Positions 10,329 to 21,037 of a DNA stretch of 64,000 nucleotides are shown here, one piece after another. The position numbers and the translations under genes are program-made. The stretch is taken from assembly GCA_050950505.1 (NCBI GenBank), contig JBMNHS010000001.1, forward strand, positions 416,001 to 480,000, given 5' to 3'. The notes below the pieces were generated by a model, which saw nothing but the letters and a program-made list of their open reading frames with translations, was not told the origin of the DNA and made no database searches. The first letter of the stretch is position 1. Each line of letters begins with the position of its first letter. The DNA comes from Candidatus Methanomethylophilaceae archaeon. Lineage in GTDB: Archaea; Thermoplasmatota; Thermoplasmata; Methanomassiliicoccales; Methanomethylophilaceae.

Positions 10329-10330
10329 AA

Positions 10331-10558
10331 ATGGCAGAAGTAACCATAGGTAATGGATTGGTAGCAATCGGAGCAGGAATAGCAGTAGGACTTACCGGAC
10401 TCGGATCCGGTATAGCCGAAAGAGACATCGGTGCCGCAGCAGTCGGCGCAATCACGGAAGACGCAAGCCTTTTCGGAATGGGAATGGTTTACATGGTTCT
10501 TCCTGAGACTATCGTCATCTTCGGATTGGTCATAGCTATTGTTGCCATAATGTTGTAA
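10331..10558 (+). CDS. atpK: A1Ao ATP synthase subunit K (c), single hairpin
   Basis: Two TM helices with GIAERDIG and LPETIVIFG. Confidence 0.95.
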   Translation: MAEVTIGNGLVAIGAGIAVGLTGLGSGIAERDIGAAAVGAITEDASLFGMGMVYMVLPETIVIFGLVIAIVAIML

Positions 10559-10575
10559 AGCCAGAGGCTCATCTC

Positions 10576-11133
10576 ATGGCATTGGAAAACGTCACGAAGG
10601 ATATTCAGGCCGTCGCTGACGCAAAGGTCAAATCCGTACAGGATGAGACCAAGGCGGAAATCGACAGGATTTTCGCCGATGCGGAGGCCACAATATCCGA
10701 CATGAAAGATAGAGAGGATAAGAAGCTCGAGAGCGAACTTGAGCGTCTCGACCGTCAGGTCACTTCCAGCGCGGAGCTGGAAAGCAAGAACCTGATATTG
10801 GCGAAAAAGAAGGAAATCCTTGCCCGTATGTTCGACGAAGTTCTTACGGAGCTTGAGAATTCCGACAGAAAAGCCAAATCGAAACGTTACAAATCGCTGA
10901 TCGAAGAAGCCGGTAAACTTATTCCTGACGCCGTTGCGGTGATCTCGGACAAAGACGACTTCTCTGCGGAGGAGCTCGGAGTCGGAGCCGTCGAAAAGGA
11001 CAGCAGGATTGTTGCCGGACTTATCCTTAGGAGCAAGGATGGAAGCACCGAGGTCGATCTTCAGTACAAAACACTGCTGAACGACATCTGGGACAGCAAT
11101 CTGAAGGCTCTTTCGGATATATTGTTCGGGTGA
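10576..11133 (+). CDS. atpE: A1Ao ATP synthase subunit E
   Basis: MALENV start, coiled coil, operon position. Confidence 0.9.
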   Translation: MALENVTKDIQAVADAKVKSVQDETKAEIDRIFADAEATISDMKDREDKKLESELERLDRQVTSSAELESKNLILAKKKEILARMFDEVLTELENSDRKAKSKRYKSLIEEAGKLIPDAVAVISDKDDFSAEELGVGAVEKDSRIVAGLILRSKDGSTEVDLQYKTLLNDIWDSNLKALSDILFG

Positions 11134-12197
11134 ACACGATGTTCGGGAGAAAAAGGAAAAAGCGCGGGAATTATCCTTACACGGTAACAAGGGTCAAAGC
11201 AAAAAAGTCCCTTCTCATAAAAGAGGAGGAGTACAACAAGCTGCTTATGATGTCCCTTCCCGAGATTTCCAGATATATGAGCGAGAGCGGATATCAGAAA
11301 GAGATGTCCGAACTCGCCAGCAGAATGGAAGGCATCGATCTTGTCGAGTACGCCGCCTATCTGAACATGTCCAGGGTTTTCAAGGAAATTCTGGACGCGT
11401 CCGACGGCGACCTCCGCACGATGATCTCCGCATATCTGGACAAGTGGAACGTGTGGAATGTGAAAGTCATCCTCCGCGGAAAATCATTCGGATTGGATGA
11501 CAAAAGCATCCGTGAGGATCTCGTCCCCGCGGGAAGCCTGAAGGAGGCGCAGCTGGAGAAGCTTTTGGCGTTGCCGATGATTGAGGAAATACTGACCGAA
11601 TACGGCAGAATGGACTCAATTGCCATACCTGAGGACATTGTGACCTCATACAGCGACACCGGAAGTCTGTCCAGGATTGAGGACTTCCTTGACAAATTCA
11701 GATATTCAAGGCTTCTCGAATCCATAATCCCGGACTCTAAACCGACAGCGGCGCTGCTGGATTATGTAAGACACGACATTGATGTCGTGAATTTCTCCAC
11801 AATCATGAAGCTTAAGGCGGAAGGAATACACGGAGAACAGGTCATGCAGTACATCATCCCCAACGGAAAGCAGCTGGACAGGAAGAAATCGCTTAATTTG
11901 GCCAACATCGACTCCATGACCGCGGTGGCCGGAGAAATAGCACAGTTGGATTTCTATGAGAACATCAAGGATATCTTGGAATCTCCGGATGTCTCCGTCC
12001 GCGCCATCGAAAGCGCGCTGAAAAAATATGAAATGGGACTCGCGAAAGAATTCTCGCACATGAACCCCTTATCGGTAGCCCCCGTGGTGGACTTCATGAT
12101 AAACAAGGAAACGGAAGTTTTCAACATACTCGCGATAGCGAGGGGACGTCAGAGCGGGATTCCCCCTGAAACAATCAAAGAACTGCTGGTGATCTGA
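11130..12197 (+). CDS. atpC: A1Ao ATP synthase subunit C
   Basis: NYPYTVTRVKAKKSLL and KETEVFNI motifs; operon position. Confidence 0.93.
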   Translation: MNTMFGRKRKKRGNYPYTVTRVKAKKSLLIKEEEYNKLLMMSLPEISRYMSESGYQKEMSELASRMEGIDLVEYAAYLNMSRVFKEILDASDGDLRTMISAYLDKWNVWNVKVILRGKSFGLDDKSIREDLVPAGSLKEAQLEKLLALPMIEEILTEYGRMDSIAIPEDIVTSYSDTGSLSRIEDFLDKFRYSRLLESIIPDSKPTAALLDYVRHDIDVVNFSTIMKLKAEGIHGEQVMQYIIPNGKQLDRKKSLNLANIDSMTAVAGEIAQLDFYENIKDILESPDVSVRAIESALKKYEMGLAKEFSHMNPLSVAPVVDFMINKETEVFNILAIARGRQSGIPPETIKELLVI

Positions 12198-12505
12198 TGG
12201 AAATAGCTGTTATCGGAAACGAGGAGTTCGTGCTTGGGTTCCGCCTTGCGGGACTGAGGAAGGTCTTTATCGCGGGTGAATCCGACTATGAAGACAAAAT
12301 GCTGGAAGCAATGAGCGATTCTGAAATAGGTATTTTGGCCGTCGACGCCAAAGACCTTTCATACCTGTCCCGTAACGTCAGGACAAGGGTATTGGATTCG
12401 ATTCAACCGGTCATTGTGCCGGTCGGAGGCGATGAAAGCGACCTCCGTGAAAGAGTAAAAAGAGTAATTGGCGTTGATTTATACAAAACAGAGGATGAAG
12501 AATGA
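12197..12505 (+). CDS. atpF: A1Ao ATP synthase subunit F
   Basis: IAVIG..GFRLAG and KRVIGVDL. Confidence 0.93.
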   Translation: MEIAVIGNEEFVLGFRLAGLRKVFIAGESDYEDKMLEAMSDSEIGILAVDAKDLSYLSRNVRTRVLDSIQPVIVPVGGDESDLRERVKRVIGVDLYKTEDEE

Positions 12506-14238
12506 CCGCTGAACAAGGTGTAATTTACAGGGTTGCCGGACCGGTCGTGACCGCCATCGGGATCTCGCCCAGGATGTACGACGTCGTGCATGTTGGTAAC
12601 GAGCAGCTGATGGGAGAGGTCATCAAGATCGTAGGCGACAAGACAATCATCCAGGTCTACGAAGAGACCTCCGGAGTCAAACCCGGAGAGCCGGTGACAA
12701 ACACCGGGGAGCCTCTTGTCGTTGAGCTGGGACCCGGACTTCTGACTTCCGTTTACGACGGAATCCAGAGACCTTTGCCGGTTCTCAGGGACATGATGGG
12801 GGACTTCATCTTCCGAGGTGCAACCGCGCCCGGACTGGACAGGGAAGCTGATTGGGTATTCGTGCCCGTGGCAAAAGCAGGGGATGAAATCTCCGCCGGC
12901 CAGACTTTGGGTACGGTTCAGGAAGGACCGATGGAACACAGGATTATGGTCCCTCCGACAATCGAAAAAGGAAAAATAGAGAAAATAGCAGCCGAAGGAA
13001 CTTACAAGGTTGACGACGTCATCGCAGTCATCGACGGCGAAGAAATCACAATGGTCCAGAAGTGGCCGGTGCGTAACGCCCGCCCGGTGGCCGAAAAGCT
13101 GTTCCCCGACGTGCCTCTTATCACGGGTCTGAGAGTTCTGGACACGATGTTCCCCGTCGCCAAGGGCGGCGCGGCGGCCATTCCCGGAGCTTTCGGTACC
13201 GGAAAGACCGTCACTCAGCAGTCTCTCGCAAAGTTCTCCGATGCGGACATCGTCGTCTACATCGGATGCGGAGAGCGCGGAAACGAAATGACCGAAGTTC
13301 TGACCGAGTTCCCCGAGCTTACCGATCCGAGGACCGGAGAATCTCTCATGAAGAGAACCGTCCTCATCGCGAACACTTCAAACATGCCCGTTGCGGCGAG
13401 AGAAGCGTCTGTCTACACAGGCATGACCATCGCCGAATACTTCAGGGACATGGGTTACGACGTTGCTCTTATGGCGGACTCCACCTCCAGGTGGGCCGAG
13501 GCCATGAGGGAAATTTCATCCAGGCTTGAAGAAATGCCCGGAGAAGAGGGATATCCCGCATACCTTGCCGGACGTCTCTCCGAATTCTACGAGCGTGCCT
13601 GCCGCGCCAGGAACTTCAACGATACCGAAGGATCCGTCACGGTCATCGGTGCGGTTTCCCCCGCCGGAGGAGACCTGTCCGAACCCGTTACGCAGAACAC
13701 CCTGCGCATTGTGCGTGTGTTCTGGGCGCTGGACACCAGCCTGAGGGAGAGAAGACACTTCCCCACAATCAACTGGCTCACTTCGTACACCATGTACGGA
13801 AACGATTTGGGAGGATGGTTCTCCGACAATGTTCACGACGATTTCATCGACAACAGGGTCTGGGCCATGCAGATTCTCCAGAGAGAATCCGAACTTCAGG
13901 AAATCGTTCAGATGGTGGGTTCCGACTCTCTGCCCGAAGAGCAGAAGATGACTCTCGAAATCGCCAGAATGATCCGTGAAATCTTCCTTCAGCAGAACGC
14001 ATATCACGACGTTGACTGCTTCTGTCCTCTGGAGAGACAGTACGTCATGCTCAGTCTGATCAGAAAATACTCCGAACTGGCCGAGAAAGCGATTACCGCA
14101 GGCGTTGCCGTGGACAGAATCGCATACCTGCCCGTCAGGACCAGATTCAACCAGTCGAAGTACGAAGCCAACATCGACGAGGAACTCAAAGCCGTGTCTT
14201 CCGACATGGATGTTCAGTTCAAGGAACTGGGGGTGTGA
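12502..14238 (+). CDS. atpA: A1Ao ATP synthase subunit A
   Basis: P-loop [25 protein letters not shown]; no intein. Confidence 0.98.
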   Translation: MTAEQGVIYRVAGPVVTAIGISPRMYDVVHVGNEQLMGEVIKIVGDKTIIQVYEETSGVKPGEPVTNTGEPLVVELGPGLLTSVYDGIQRPLPVLRDMMGDFIFRGATAPGLDREADWVFVPVAKAGDEISAGQTLGTVQEGPMEHRIMVPPTIEKGKIEKIAAEGTYKVDDVIAVIDGEEITMVQKWPVRNARPVAEKLFPDVPLITGLRVLDTMFPVAKGGAAAIPGAFGTGKTVTQQSLAKFSDADIVVYIGCGERGNEMTEVLTEFPELTDPRTGESLMKRTVLIANTSNMPVAAREASVYTGMTIAEYFRDMGYDVALMADSTSRWAEAMREISSRLEEMPGEEGYPAYLAGRLSEFYERACRARNFNDTEGSVTVIGAVSPAGGDLSEPVTQNTLRIVRVFWALDTSLRERRHFPTINWLTSYTMYGNDLGGWFSDNVHDDFIDNRVWAMQILQRESELQEIVQMVGSDSLPEEQKMTLEIARMIREIFLQQNAYHDVDCFCPLERQYVMLSLIRKYSELAEKAITAGVAVDRIAYLPVRTRFNQSKYEANIDEELKAVSSDMDVQFKELGV

Positions 14239-14242
14239 TAAT

Positions 14243-15622
14243 ATGGCAAAAGTAACCAAAGAGTACAAAACGATCTCCCAGATTGCGGGACCTTTGATTT
14301 TCGTAAAGAACACGGAACCCGTGGGCTACGAAGAGATGGTTTCCGTCAGACTTGCCGACGGAAGCTTCAGAAGAGGACAGGTCCTCGATTCTTCCGAAGA
14401 TACAGTTGTCGTTCAGCTGTTCGAGGGAACCACCGGTGTGGATCTTTCCGCCTCCGTCCGTTTCCTCGGCGATTCAATGAAGATGCCCGTTTCCAAAGAC
14501 ATGCTCGGAAGAGTTCTGTCCGGTGCGGGTGAGCCCATCGACGGCGGTGCCCCGATAATTCCCGAAAAGGAACTTGACATCGAAGGTGCGGCCATCAACC
14601 CCTGGGCAAGAGACAACCCTTCGGACTTCATCGAAACCGGAATTTCAACCATCGACGGCATGAACACCCTCGTCAGGGGACAGAAACTCCCCATATTCTC
14701 CGCCGCGGGTCTGCCCCACAACGACATCGCCCTGCAGATTGCAAGACAGGCGAAAGTCACCGGAGAGGACGAAGAGTTCGCCGTGGTGTTCATCGCAATG
14801 GGTATCACCAACGAAGAAAGACAGACTTTCATGCACGAGTTCGAAAGAACCGGCGCACTTGAAAGAGCCGTGGTTTTCCTCAACCTTGCGGACGACCCCG
14901 CCGTCGAACGTATCGTCACTCCACGTCTGGGTCTTACCACCGCGGAATATTTGGCATTCGAGCTTGACATGCAGGTCCTGGTCATCATGACCGACATGAC
15001 CAACTACTGTGAGGCTCTCCGTCAGGTTTCCGCCGCAAGGGAAGAAGTGCCCGGAAGACGCGGATACCCCGGTTACATGTACACCAACCTCGCCATGCTC
15101 TATGAGCGTGCGGGAAGAATCAAGGGAAAGAAAGGTTCAATCACACAGATTCCGATTCTTTCGATGCCCGGTGACGATATAACTCACCCGATTCCGGATC
15201 TTTCCGGATACATCACGGAAGGTCAGATTGTTCTTTCGAGGGAACTCCACCGCAACGGTATTTACCCCCCGGTTAACGTTTCCTCTTCACTGAGCCGTCT
15301 CATGAACGCAGGTATCGGCGGAGACAAGACCAGGAACGATCACAAAGCAGTCTCGGATCAGCTTTACGCCGCATACGCGGAAGGTAAAGATTTGAGGGGA
15401 CTTGTGGCCATCGTGGGTAAGGACTCGCTGTCCGAAAAGGACAGAAAGTACCTGGACTTTGCGGACCTCTTCGAGGACCGTGTGGTGCGTCAGGGACATG
15501 AAGAGGATCGCTCCATCGTGGAAACTCTCAACATCTCATGGGAAATCCTCGCCGAACTGGACGAAGACCAGCTCACGAGAATCGACCGTAAGTACATCGA
15601 GACCTACCTTCCCAAGAAGTGA
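14243..15622 (+). CDS. atpB: A1Ao ATP synthase subunit B
   Basis: [19 protein letters not shown] and THPIPDL; ATG at 14243. Confidence 0.98.
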   Translation: MAKVTKEYKTISQIAGPLIFVKNTEPVGYEEMVSVRLADGSFRRGQVLDSSEDTVVVQLFEGTTGVDLSASVRFLGDSMKMPVSKDMLGRVLSGAGEPIDGGAPIIPEKELDIEGAAINPWARDNPSDFIETGISTIDGMNTLVRGQKLPIFSAAGLPHNDIALQIARQAKVTGEDEEFAVVFIAMGITNEERQTFMHEFERTGALERAVVFLNLADDPAVERIVTPRLGLTTAEYLAFELDMQVLVIMTDMTNYCEALRQVSAAREEVPGRRGYPGYMYTNLAMLYERAGRIKGKKGSITQIPILSMPGDDITHPIPDLSGYITEGQIVLSRELHRNGIYPPVNVSSSLSRLMNAGIGGDKTRNDHKAVSDQLYAAYAEGKDLRGLVAIVGKDSLSEKDRKYLDFADLFEDRVVRQGHEEDRSIVETLNISWEILAELDEDQLTRIDRKYIETYLPKK

Positions 15623-15627
15623 TTCAG

Positions 15628-16269
15628 ATGTCCGTCCACGAGATAACCCCGAACCGCTCGACCCTCTTGGAACTCAAGAGGAAGATCAAGATGACCGAAG
15701 GAGGTCACAACGTCCTGAAAATGAAGAGGGACGGTCTGATCATCGAGTTCTTCAACACTCTGGAGAAGGCCCGCGAAATGCGTGCCGGGGTGTCGTCGGA
15801 TTATGAGGTGGCCATCAGCAAAGTGGCCATCGCGAGGGCGGTTGAGGGCGACATTTCCGTGAAGAGCGCGGCATACGCGCTCAAAGCGGATCACAACGTC
15901 ACCGTGGGAAGCACAAACATCATGGGAATGAGAGTTCCGAAGGTGGAAGCCTCGGGCTCCATGCACACCGATTTAACCAAGAAAGGTTACGGTGTGATTT
16001 CCACTTCCGCTTACATTGAGGAAGCGTCGATGGCTTTCGAAAAGCTGCTGGACACCCTCATCAGGGCCGCCGAAGTGGAAACCACCATGAAAAAGCTTCT
16101 CGATGAGATTGAGAAAACCAAGAGAAGGGTAAACGCCCTCGAATTCAAGATTATCCCCGACCTCAAGGAAGCCGAGAGGTTCGTAAGGTTCAGTCTTGAA
16201 GAGATGGAGAGGGAAAACGTAACCCGCCTCAAGCATCAGAAAAAGAAGAGCGAGGCCGCGGAGGAGTAA
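15628..16269 (+). CDS. atpD: A1Ao ATP synthase subunit D
   Basis: LKMKRDGL and EIEKTKRRVNALE. Confidence 0.96.
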   Translation: MSVHEITPNRSTLLELKRKIKMTEGGHNVLKMKRDGLIIEFFNTLEKAREMRAGVSSDYEVAISKVAIARAVEGDISVKSAAYALKADHNVTVGSTNIMGMRVPKVEASGSMHTDLTKKGYGVISTSAYIEEASMAFEKLLDTLIRAAEVETTMKKLLDEIEKTKRRVNALEFKIIPDLKEAERFVRFSLEEMERENVTRLKHQKKKSEAAEE

Positions 16270-16418
16270 TGACTCTCGAGGACCGCTGGGAGGATATAAA
16301 ACAGGACCCTAAGAGATTGGGGCGCCTGTTTAAAATCGTCTGGATAGCGGCTTACTCGATGCTGATCCTCGGCGTAATCGTGATACTTTACTATCTGATG
16401 GTGACTCATCTGTTCTAA
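16269..16418 (+). CDS. 49-aa single-TM protein coupled to atpD
   Basis: TAATG stop/start overlap and GAGGAG SD; translation MTLEDRWEDIKQDPKRLGRLFKIVWIAAYSMLILGVIVILYYLMVTHLF; followed by T-rich terminator. Confidence 0.75.
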   Translation: MTLEDRWEDIKQDPKRLGRLFKIVWIAAYSMLILGVIVILYYLMVTHLF

Positions 16419-16518
16419 ACCCTTTACAAAACCAACTTTTTATTCCATTTTTCTCTTTGACGGATGGCGGATTCCCATTACCGATCGAAAAATTTCAAAA
16501 ACTCGGCCTTCATTGCTT

Positions 16519-16866
16519 TTACGCAGAAGCTTTCTTCTTGTGTTTCGTTGACATCTCCAATCCTATTATTCCGAATATTATCAGAAACACGAAGAACATT
16601 CTTTCCAACGTGACCGGTTCGGAAAACAGGAATATTCCCACGGCAACCGTCCCCACGGCCCCCATTCCCACCCATACGGAATAGGCGACCCCCGTGGGTA
16701 TGTTTGCTCCCATGCCTCTTTCCAAAAACCACACGCTTATGAACATTATACCGAAGGTCGGCACCGTCCAGTACCATATGGTGAAACATTCGGACAGGTA
16801 CATTGTGGTTGCCCACAATGTTTCGAACATGCCGCCGATCACAATCATGATCCAAGCCTTCTTGAT
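16519..16866 (-). CDS. SMR family (Gdx/SugE-like) efflux subunit
   Basis: Four TMs, conserved helix-1 Glu, AYSVWVGMG; start either ATC 16866 or ATG 16848. Confidence 0.88.
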   Translation of the reverse strand: MKKAWIMIVIGGMFETLWATTMYLSECFTIWYWTVPTFGIMFISVWFLERGMGANIPTGVAYSVWVGMGAVGTVAVGIFLFSEPVTLERMFFVFLIIFGIIGLEMSTKHKKKASA

Positions 16867-16875
16867 GTTCTCCGT

Positions 16876-17205
16876 TTATATCCCCCCGAAGAACTGCAGC
16901 CCAACGGCACCGGCGATTATGACGAACACGAACAGGATTTGCACCCGTTCGATGGCTTCGTCGTATACCAGATATCCCGCTATCAGCGCTCCTATCGCCC
17001 CTATTCCGGTCCACACGGCGTAAGCCGTTCCCAAGGGGATGCCGGACATGGACAATCCCAAAAAATACGGGCTGAGCATCATGAAGAACACGGTGGTCAG
17101 CGTCCAACCTTTGTGTTTGAAAGAATTTGTCTTCTTGAGAGTTATAACCCAGATGGGTTCGAGCACACCCCCCAGAATAAGCCAGAACCAGGCAAGAGTA
17201 TCCAT
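16876..17205 (-). CDS. SMR family (Gdx/SugE-like) efflux subunit
   Basis: AWFWLILGGVLE and GTAYAVWTGIG; paired SMR genes suggest a heterodimer. Confidence 0.92.
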   Translation of the reverse strand: MDTLAWFWLILGGVLEPIWVITLKKTNSFKHKGWTLTTVFFMMLSPYFLGLSMSGIPLGTAYAVWTGIGAIGALIAGYLVYDEAIERVQILFVFVIIAGAVGLQFFGGI

Positions 17206-17209
17206 TAAA

Positions 17210-18643
17210 TCAATCCATGAAGCTTTTCATGATGACATCGCCGGTTCCCAGATGCACTATGGGCATTATCGCGGGGTCGGGATGGAAGTTGTGCATTTTC
17301 TGATATTCCGTCTGACTCTGCCAGGCGGAAGCGTTTATGATTTTCACACCGTTGTATTCCGAGCATCCCGCGCCGTGGATGTGTCCCGTGACGTATATGT
17401 CCGGAACTTCCTCTATCGCAAGGTAATCCTTTCTTTCGGGAGCCAAAGCGTTCCTTTGGCCGTATATCGGCGCCATGTGGCGGCGTTTGAGCATCTCCTT
17501 CATGATTCCCAGGGGTTCCTCATAACTCAAACCCTGAACGTTGGAGACCCAGTCATCTATTCCTTTGCCGTGGTAAGTGAGAATCGAACGTCCTTCCACT
17601 TTGAGGGACACGGGATTTCCGGCCAGGATGATGTTCGAATCGAAGGTTTTCGTGAACATGTCTCCCAAGGCCGGTTGCGGTTCCGCCAAACGTACGGCGT
17701 CGTGGTTTCCCGGTTGTATTATGATTTTGAGATGGTCCGGCAGTCCCTTCAGGTGATCCGCCAAAGATTCGTACTGCTTGTAAATGTTCTCGATTTCCAG
17801 TTCTTTTTCCTGTCCCGGGAAGATTCCGATGCCGTCGACCACGTCTCCGGGCAAAACCAGGTAATCCAAATCCGCGTTGTACGCATTGGTCCTCATCCAA
17901 TCAATCATTTTCTGCCAACGGTCTTCCAGGAAGGTGATGCTTCCCACGTGAACGTCGGAAAGGAAAGCAATCGAAGCCACGGAATCCGAAGGTTCCCATT
18001 TGTTGGTTCTGGGAACGTCGGGGAAGAACACCTCTTCGGCAATCAGCAAATCCTTTCTGCCGTTCGGTCTGCCCACAATTCCGATGACTTCGTCGGTGAC
18101 GTAGGATTCGTTCACCAAAGGCGAATCTTTGGAAATGAATACTTTGCAGTTGCCGTCCGCATCTTCGACGCTGAGAATCTTGTGCCCGTTTTTGGTCGTG
18201 TTCACTTCGTAAATCATTCCTATGATTCTCACGTCACGGTCCAGTTTCATCGCCCTCTCAATCGGAATTCCCACGCCGAAATCGCTTCTTCTCGCGATTA
18301 CTCTGCTGAGGATGTCGAACCGGCTTTTGAAATAATTCGCAAAGTCCGTTATCTCCCCTTCGCAGGTGGAATTTCCGGTGATGTCCGTTCCTTCGACGAT
18401 TTCGATATCGGTATGGCGTTTGTTTTTGCGGGATTCCGTCACCGTCGATTTGAAAATCGGAGCGTCTCCCTGCAGACAGTCTTCCAAATCCTTCCTGGCA
18501 ATGAACATTTTGTCCGAAGCCAGGGCGGAAAGTGTGGTGTTGGTGAAGGAAATCGGATCCGAACTCGTAAGGATGTACTCAAGAGCGTCGGGACTGAGCA
18601 ATACCCCCAGTCTTGTGGCGATGTCGAGTACGTCGGATCTCAT
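17210..18643 (-). CDS. polB: DNA polymerase D small (proofreading) subunit DP1
   Basis: OB fold plus phosphoesterase motifs SDVHVGS, GDVVDG, PGNHD, YHG and GHIH. Confidence 0.95.
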   Translation of the reverse strand: MRSDVLDIATRLGVLLSPDALEYILTSSDPISFTNTTLSALASDKMFIARKDLEDCLQGDAPIFKSTVTESRKNKRHTDIEIVEGTDITGNSTCEGEITDFANYFKSRFDILSRVIARRSDFGVGIPIERAMKLDRDVRIIGMIYEVNTTKNGHKILSVEDADGNCKVFISKDSPLVNESYVTDEVIGIVGRPNGRKDLLIAEEVFFPDVPRTNKWEPSDSVASIAFLSDVHVGSITFLEDRWQKMIDWMRTNAYNADLDYLVLPGDVVDGIGIFPGQEKELEIENIYKQYESLADHLKGLPDHLKIIIQPGNHDAVRLAEPQPALGDMFTKTFDSNIILAGNPVSLKVEGRSILTYHGKGIDDWVSNVQGLSYEEPLGIMKEMLKRRHMAPIYGQRNALAPERKDYLAIEEVPDIYVTGHIHGAGCSEYNGVKIINASAWQSQTEYQKMHNFHPDPAIMPIVHLGTGDVIMKSFMD

Positions 18644-18720
18644 ACCTTCACCATATTCGCCCTGCTATACAAATAATTTGATTCAATGAGGGTTATATAC
18701 GCAGAACAGTTTTCGATATT

Positions 18721-19110
18721 ATGGTCAATGTAAGAATATCCTGCCCCGTCAATCCCAGTGAATCCGATGAGCTGGTACTTGAAGCGGTTCTCAGGATATT
18801 CCCGGACGCGTCCCTGTCCCGTACCGATGAAGGGTACGAGGGGGTTGCCGACGACATCGGGAATCTTTCTTTGCTGATAAGGCAACAAAGGATTCTGGAT
18901 GCCGCCCGGTCCGTCGTGTTCGGAGGTATGTGCGGAGACACGACCGAATTCACCCTCAACAAACAGGCCGCCTCCGTCGGCAAAGTATCTTTCTGTCCGG
19001 AAGATACGGTTCTCGGAGCAATCAAAGTGTGCCTGAACTGTGAGGATTTGGAAGATTTCATCGATATTATGCTTCCCCGCACCGTTGACGGTCAGGAGGT
19101 CATACCGTGA
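18721..19110 (+). CDS. UPF0201 (DUF54) putative RNA-binding protein
   Basis: QRILDAAR and LNKQAASVGKVSF. Confidence 0.85.
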   Translation: MVNVRISCPVNPSESDELVLEAVLRIFPDASLSRTDEGYEGVADDIGNLSLLIRQQRILDAARSVVFGGMCGDTTEFTLNKQAASVGKVSFCPEDTVLGAIKVCLNCEDLEDFIDIMLPRTVDGQEVIP

Positions 19111-19865
19111 TCGGAGTTTCATGCACAGGATTCAGCGCCCGCCCCTTGGAAGAAATATTGGAAGAAGTTTCTCATGAGTTTACCCATTGGGAGATTGTTT
19201 CCGAAGCGGAACACAGCATAGGACACATCTGGGAGAGGCTGAAGAACGCCATGGGATGTTACGACCTGACTTATTCCTTGCACACTCCGATAAGCGATGC
19301 GAACATCGCCTCTCTGTCCGACAGAATGAGGGAATCTTCCGTTTTGGAAATGATCGCCAATGTGGAATTGGCTTCGGCACTCGGCATCGGAACAATCACG
19401 GTGCATCCGGGTTTGGAATCCATGAGCGTACCCGGAATGAAAGAGAAATCCATGGAAAACGCCAAACGTTCTTTGAGAATTCTGGATCGGACGGCAACGG
19501 AATACGGAGTCACCCTCGCCATAGAAAACATGCCGAGATTTCCGCCGATGTTGGGCAAAACCGCGGAAGAGCTGAAAGAACTCATTGACGGTACCGGCCT
19601 GAGTATATGTTTCGATGTGGGTCACGCCCATACAAACAATCAGATCGAAGAAATGATTTCCACGTTCAAGGACAGAATGGCGAACATTCACGTTCATGAC
19701 AACAACGGGGAATCCGACGAACATCTTACCGTCGGCGACGGTACCGTGGATTTCCCCGGCACAATGAGATCTCTTGAGGGATACGAAGGAAAATACGTCA
19801 TAGAATCCAAATCTCTCGCGTCCGCCGTCGAGTCCAAGAGAAGATTGTCCATACTTTTGGAATGA
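19107..19865 (+). CDS. Sugar-phosphate isomerase/epimerase (AP endonuclease 2-type TIM barrel)
   Basis: TVHPG, IENMP, FDVGHA, HVHDNNG..DEHL. Confidence 0.88.
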   Translation: MIGVSCTGFSARPLEEILEEVSHEFTHWEIVSEAEHSIGHIWERLKNAMGCYDLTYSLHTPISDANIASLSDRMRESSVLEMIANVELASALGIGTITVHPGLESMSVPGMKEKSMENAKRSLRILDRTATEYGVTLAIENMPRFPPMLGKTAEELKELIDGTGLSICFDVGHAHTNNQIEEMISTFKDRMANIHVHDNNGESDEHLTVGDGTVDFPGTMRSLEGYEGKYVIESKSLASAVESKRRLSILLE

Positions 19866-19936
19866 AACCATTCAATCTCGGAACGGAATCGATCTTACAG
19901 CCAATCCAAAGATTTTTCCAATAAACCGGGTGTTTT

Positions 19937-21037
19937 TCACTCCAAACCCTTGGGATAAGGAGGGCGGTTCTTGAAATCCTTGAGGAATCCCCACATTTTG
20001 ACCGCCAGCACAACGGTTGCCAGAACTCCGACGGCCAGTATCGCAAGTGTGCCGATGCCGAGAACAGCCTCGCTTCCGCCCAGCCAGGTGTAGGCTGAAA
20101 CGTAGTCGTTCACGAAATGCAACAGTATCGCCGCGTACAATCCGTATTCCACGAAAAGATAACCTGCCGCCAAACCGAATATGAAAGCGGGTATGACCTT
20201 TGCCATGCCCCATCCCGCTTCATGTCCGTAACCGAATACCAAAGCGGCGATTACGATAAGTCCCATGGACAGTTTGTCGACACCGAAACCTCCCAAAGGA
20301 TATTTCCAGAAATCCGTTTTTCCTTTTGCCAAGGCCATCAGAAGCAAGGGTACGCCTATTATCAGAACTCTGGTGATCAATTCTTCCCAGACGCTTGCAT
20401 CGGCCAGAACGAACATCAGTGCCAGTTGGTCCATATCCATGTCCGGAACGGTGAAATCCACTCCGAAGAAAAGTATGGCTGCATAAAGAACGACAATCTG
20501 AAGGAACATGGTGGCGGGCCACAAGAGTCCGATCCAATATATGCCGGTCTTTTCGATTTTTAAAGATTCTTCATTCTTTTGTTTGCGGTTTTTGAAGTAA
20601 AGGTATGTTTCATGGACGAGTTTGATGAAACACAACGTCAGAACGGCCACCAGAAACAGCCAGTACAGCTGCAGCAACGTCTCCGATATGACCGTAAAAG
20701 TGTACGGATACGGAATCAGTATCAGTATTCCGTACATTTTGTCCGAAAGAAACAGGAAAATGTCCGAGGCGTGGACATACAGAGCAACGGCGTCCACAAT
20801 CAAAAACAAGGATGTGAGGATTGCGGCAATAATTCCGAAAATACGGGTAAACGAGAAACTTTTGATCTGCGGCGGTGCGGTGACATGAAACGGTCTGCCG
20901 CAGCTTCCGCAATGTCCGGCATTCCCGTATCGGTAAGAGTTGCATGAAAAACAATCCAGCAATTTGCCGCATTTTCCGCAGTACATGTAACCCGCATTGC
21001 GGTATTCTTCACAATGTGGACAATCCGCTCGGTTCAT
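19937..21037 (-). CDS. CPBP (CAAX/Abi) intramembrane metalloprotease with N-terminal double zinc ribbon
   Basis: CxxC repeats, WEELITR, FGYGH and HFVND; ATGA overlap with the upstream gene. Confidence 0.88.
   Translation of the reverse strand: MNRADCPHCEEYRNAGYMYCGKCGKLLDCFSCNSYRYGNAGHCGSCGRPFHVTAPPQIKSFSFTRIFGIIAAILTSLFLIVDAVALYVHASDIFLFLSDKMYGILILIPYPYTFTVISETLLQLYWLFLVAVLTLCFIKLVHETYLYFKNRKQKNEESLKIEKTGIYWIGLLWPATMFLQIVVLYAAILFFGVDFTVPDMDMDQLALMFVLADASVWEELITRVLIIGVPLLLMALAKGKTDFWKYPLGGFGVDKLSMGLIVIAALVFGYGHEAGWGMAKVIPAFIFGLAAGYLFVEYGLYAAILLHFVNDYVSAYTWLGGSEAVLGIGTLAILAVGVLATVVLAVKMWGFLKDFKNRPPYPKGLE

Noticed and set aside
17206-17209. Guanidine riboswitch ahead of the SMR pair
   Set aside because: Only 4 bp separate DP1 from the SMR gene, leaving no room for a leader.
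17039-18676. 545-aa ORF on the + strand
   Set aside because: Antisense shadow of the DP1 gene; no recognisable motifs.
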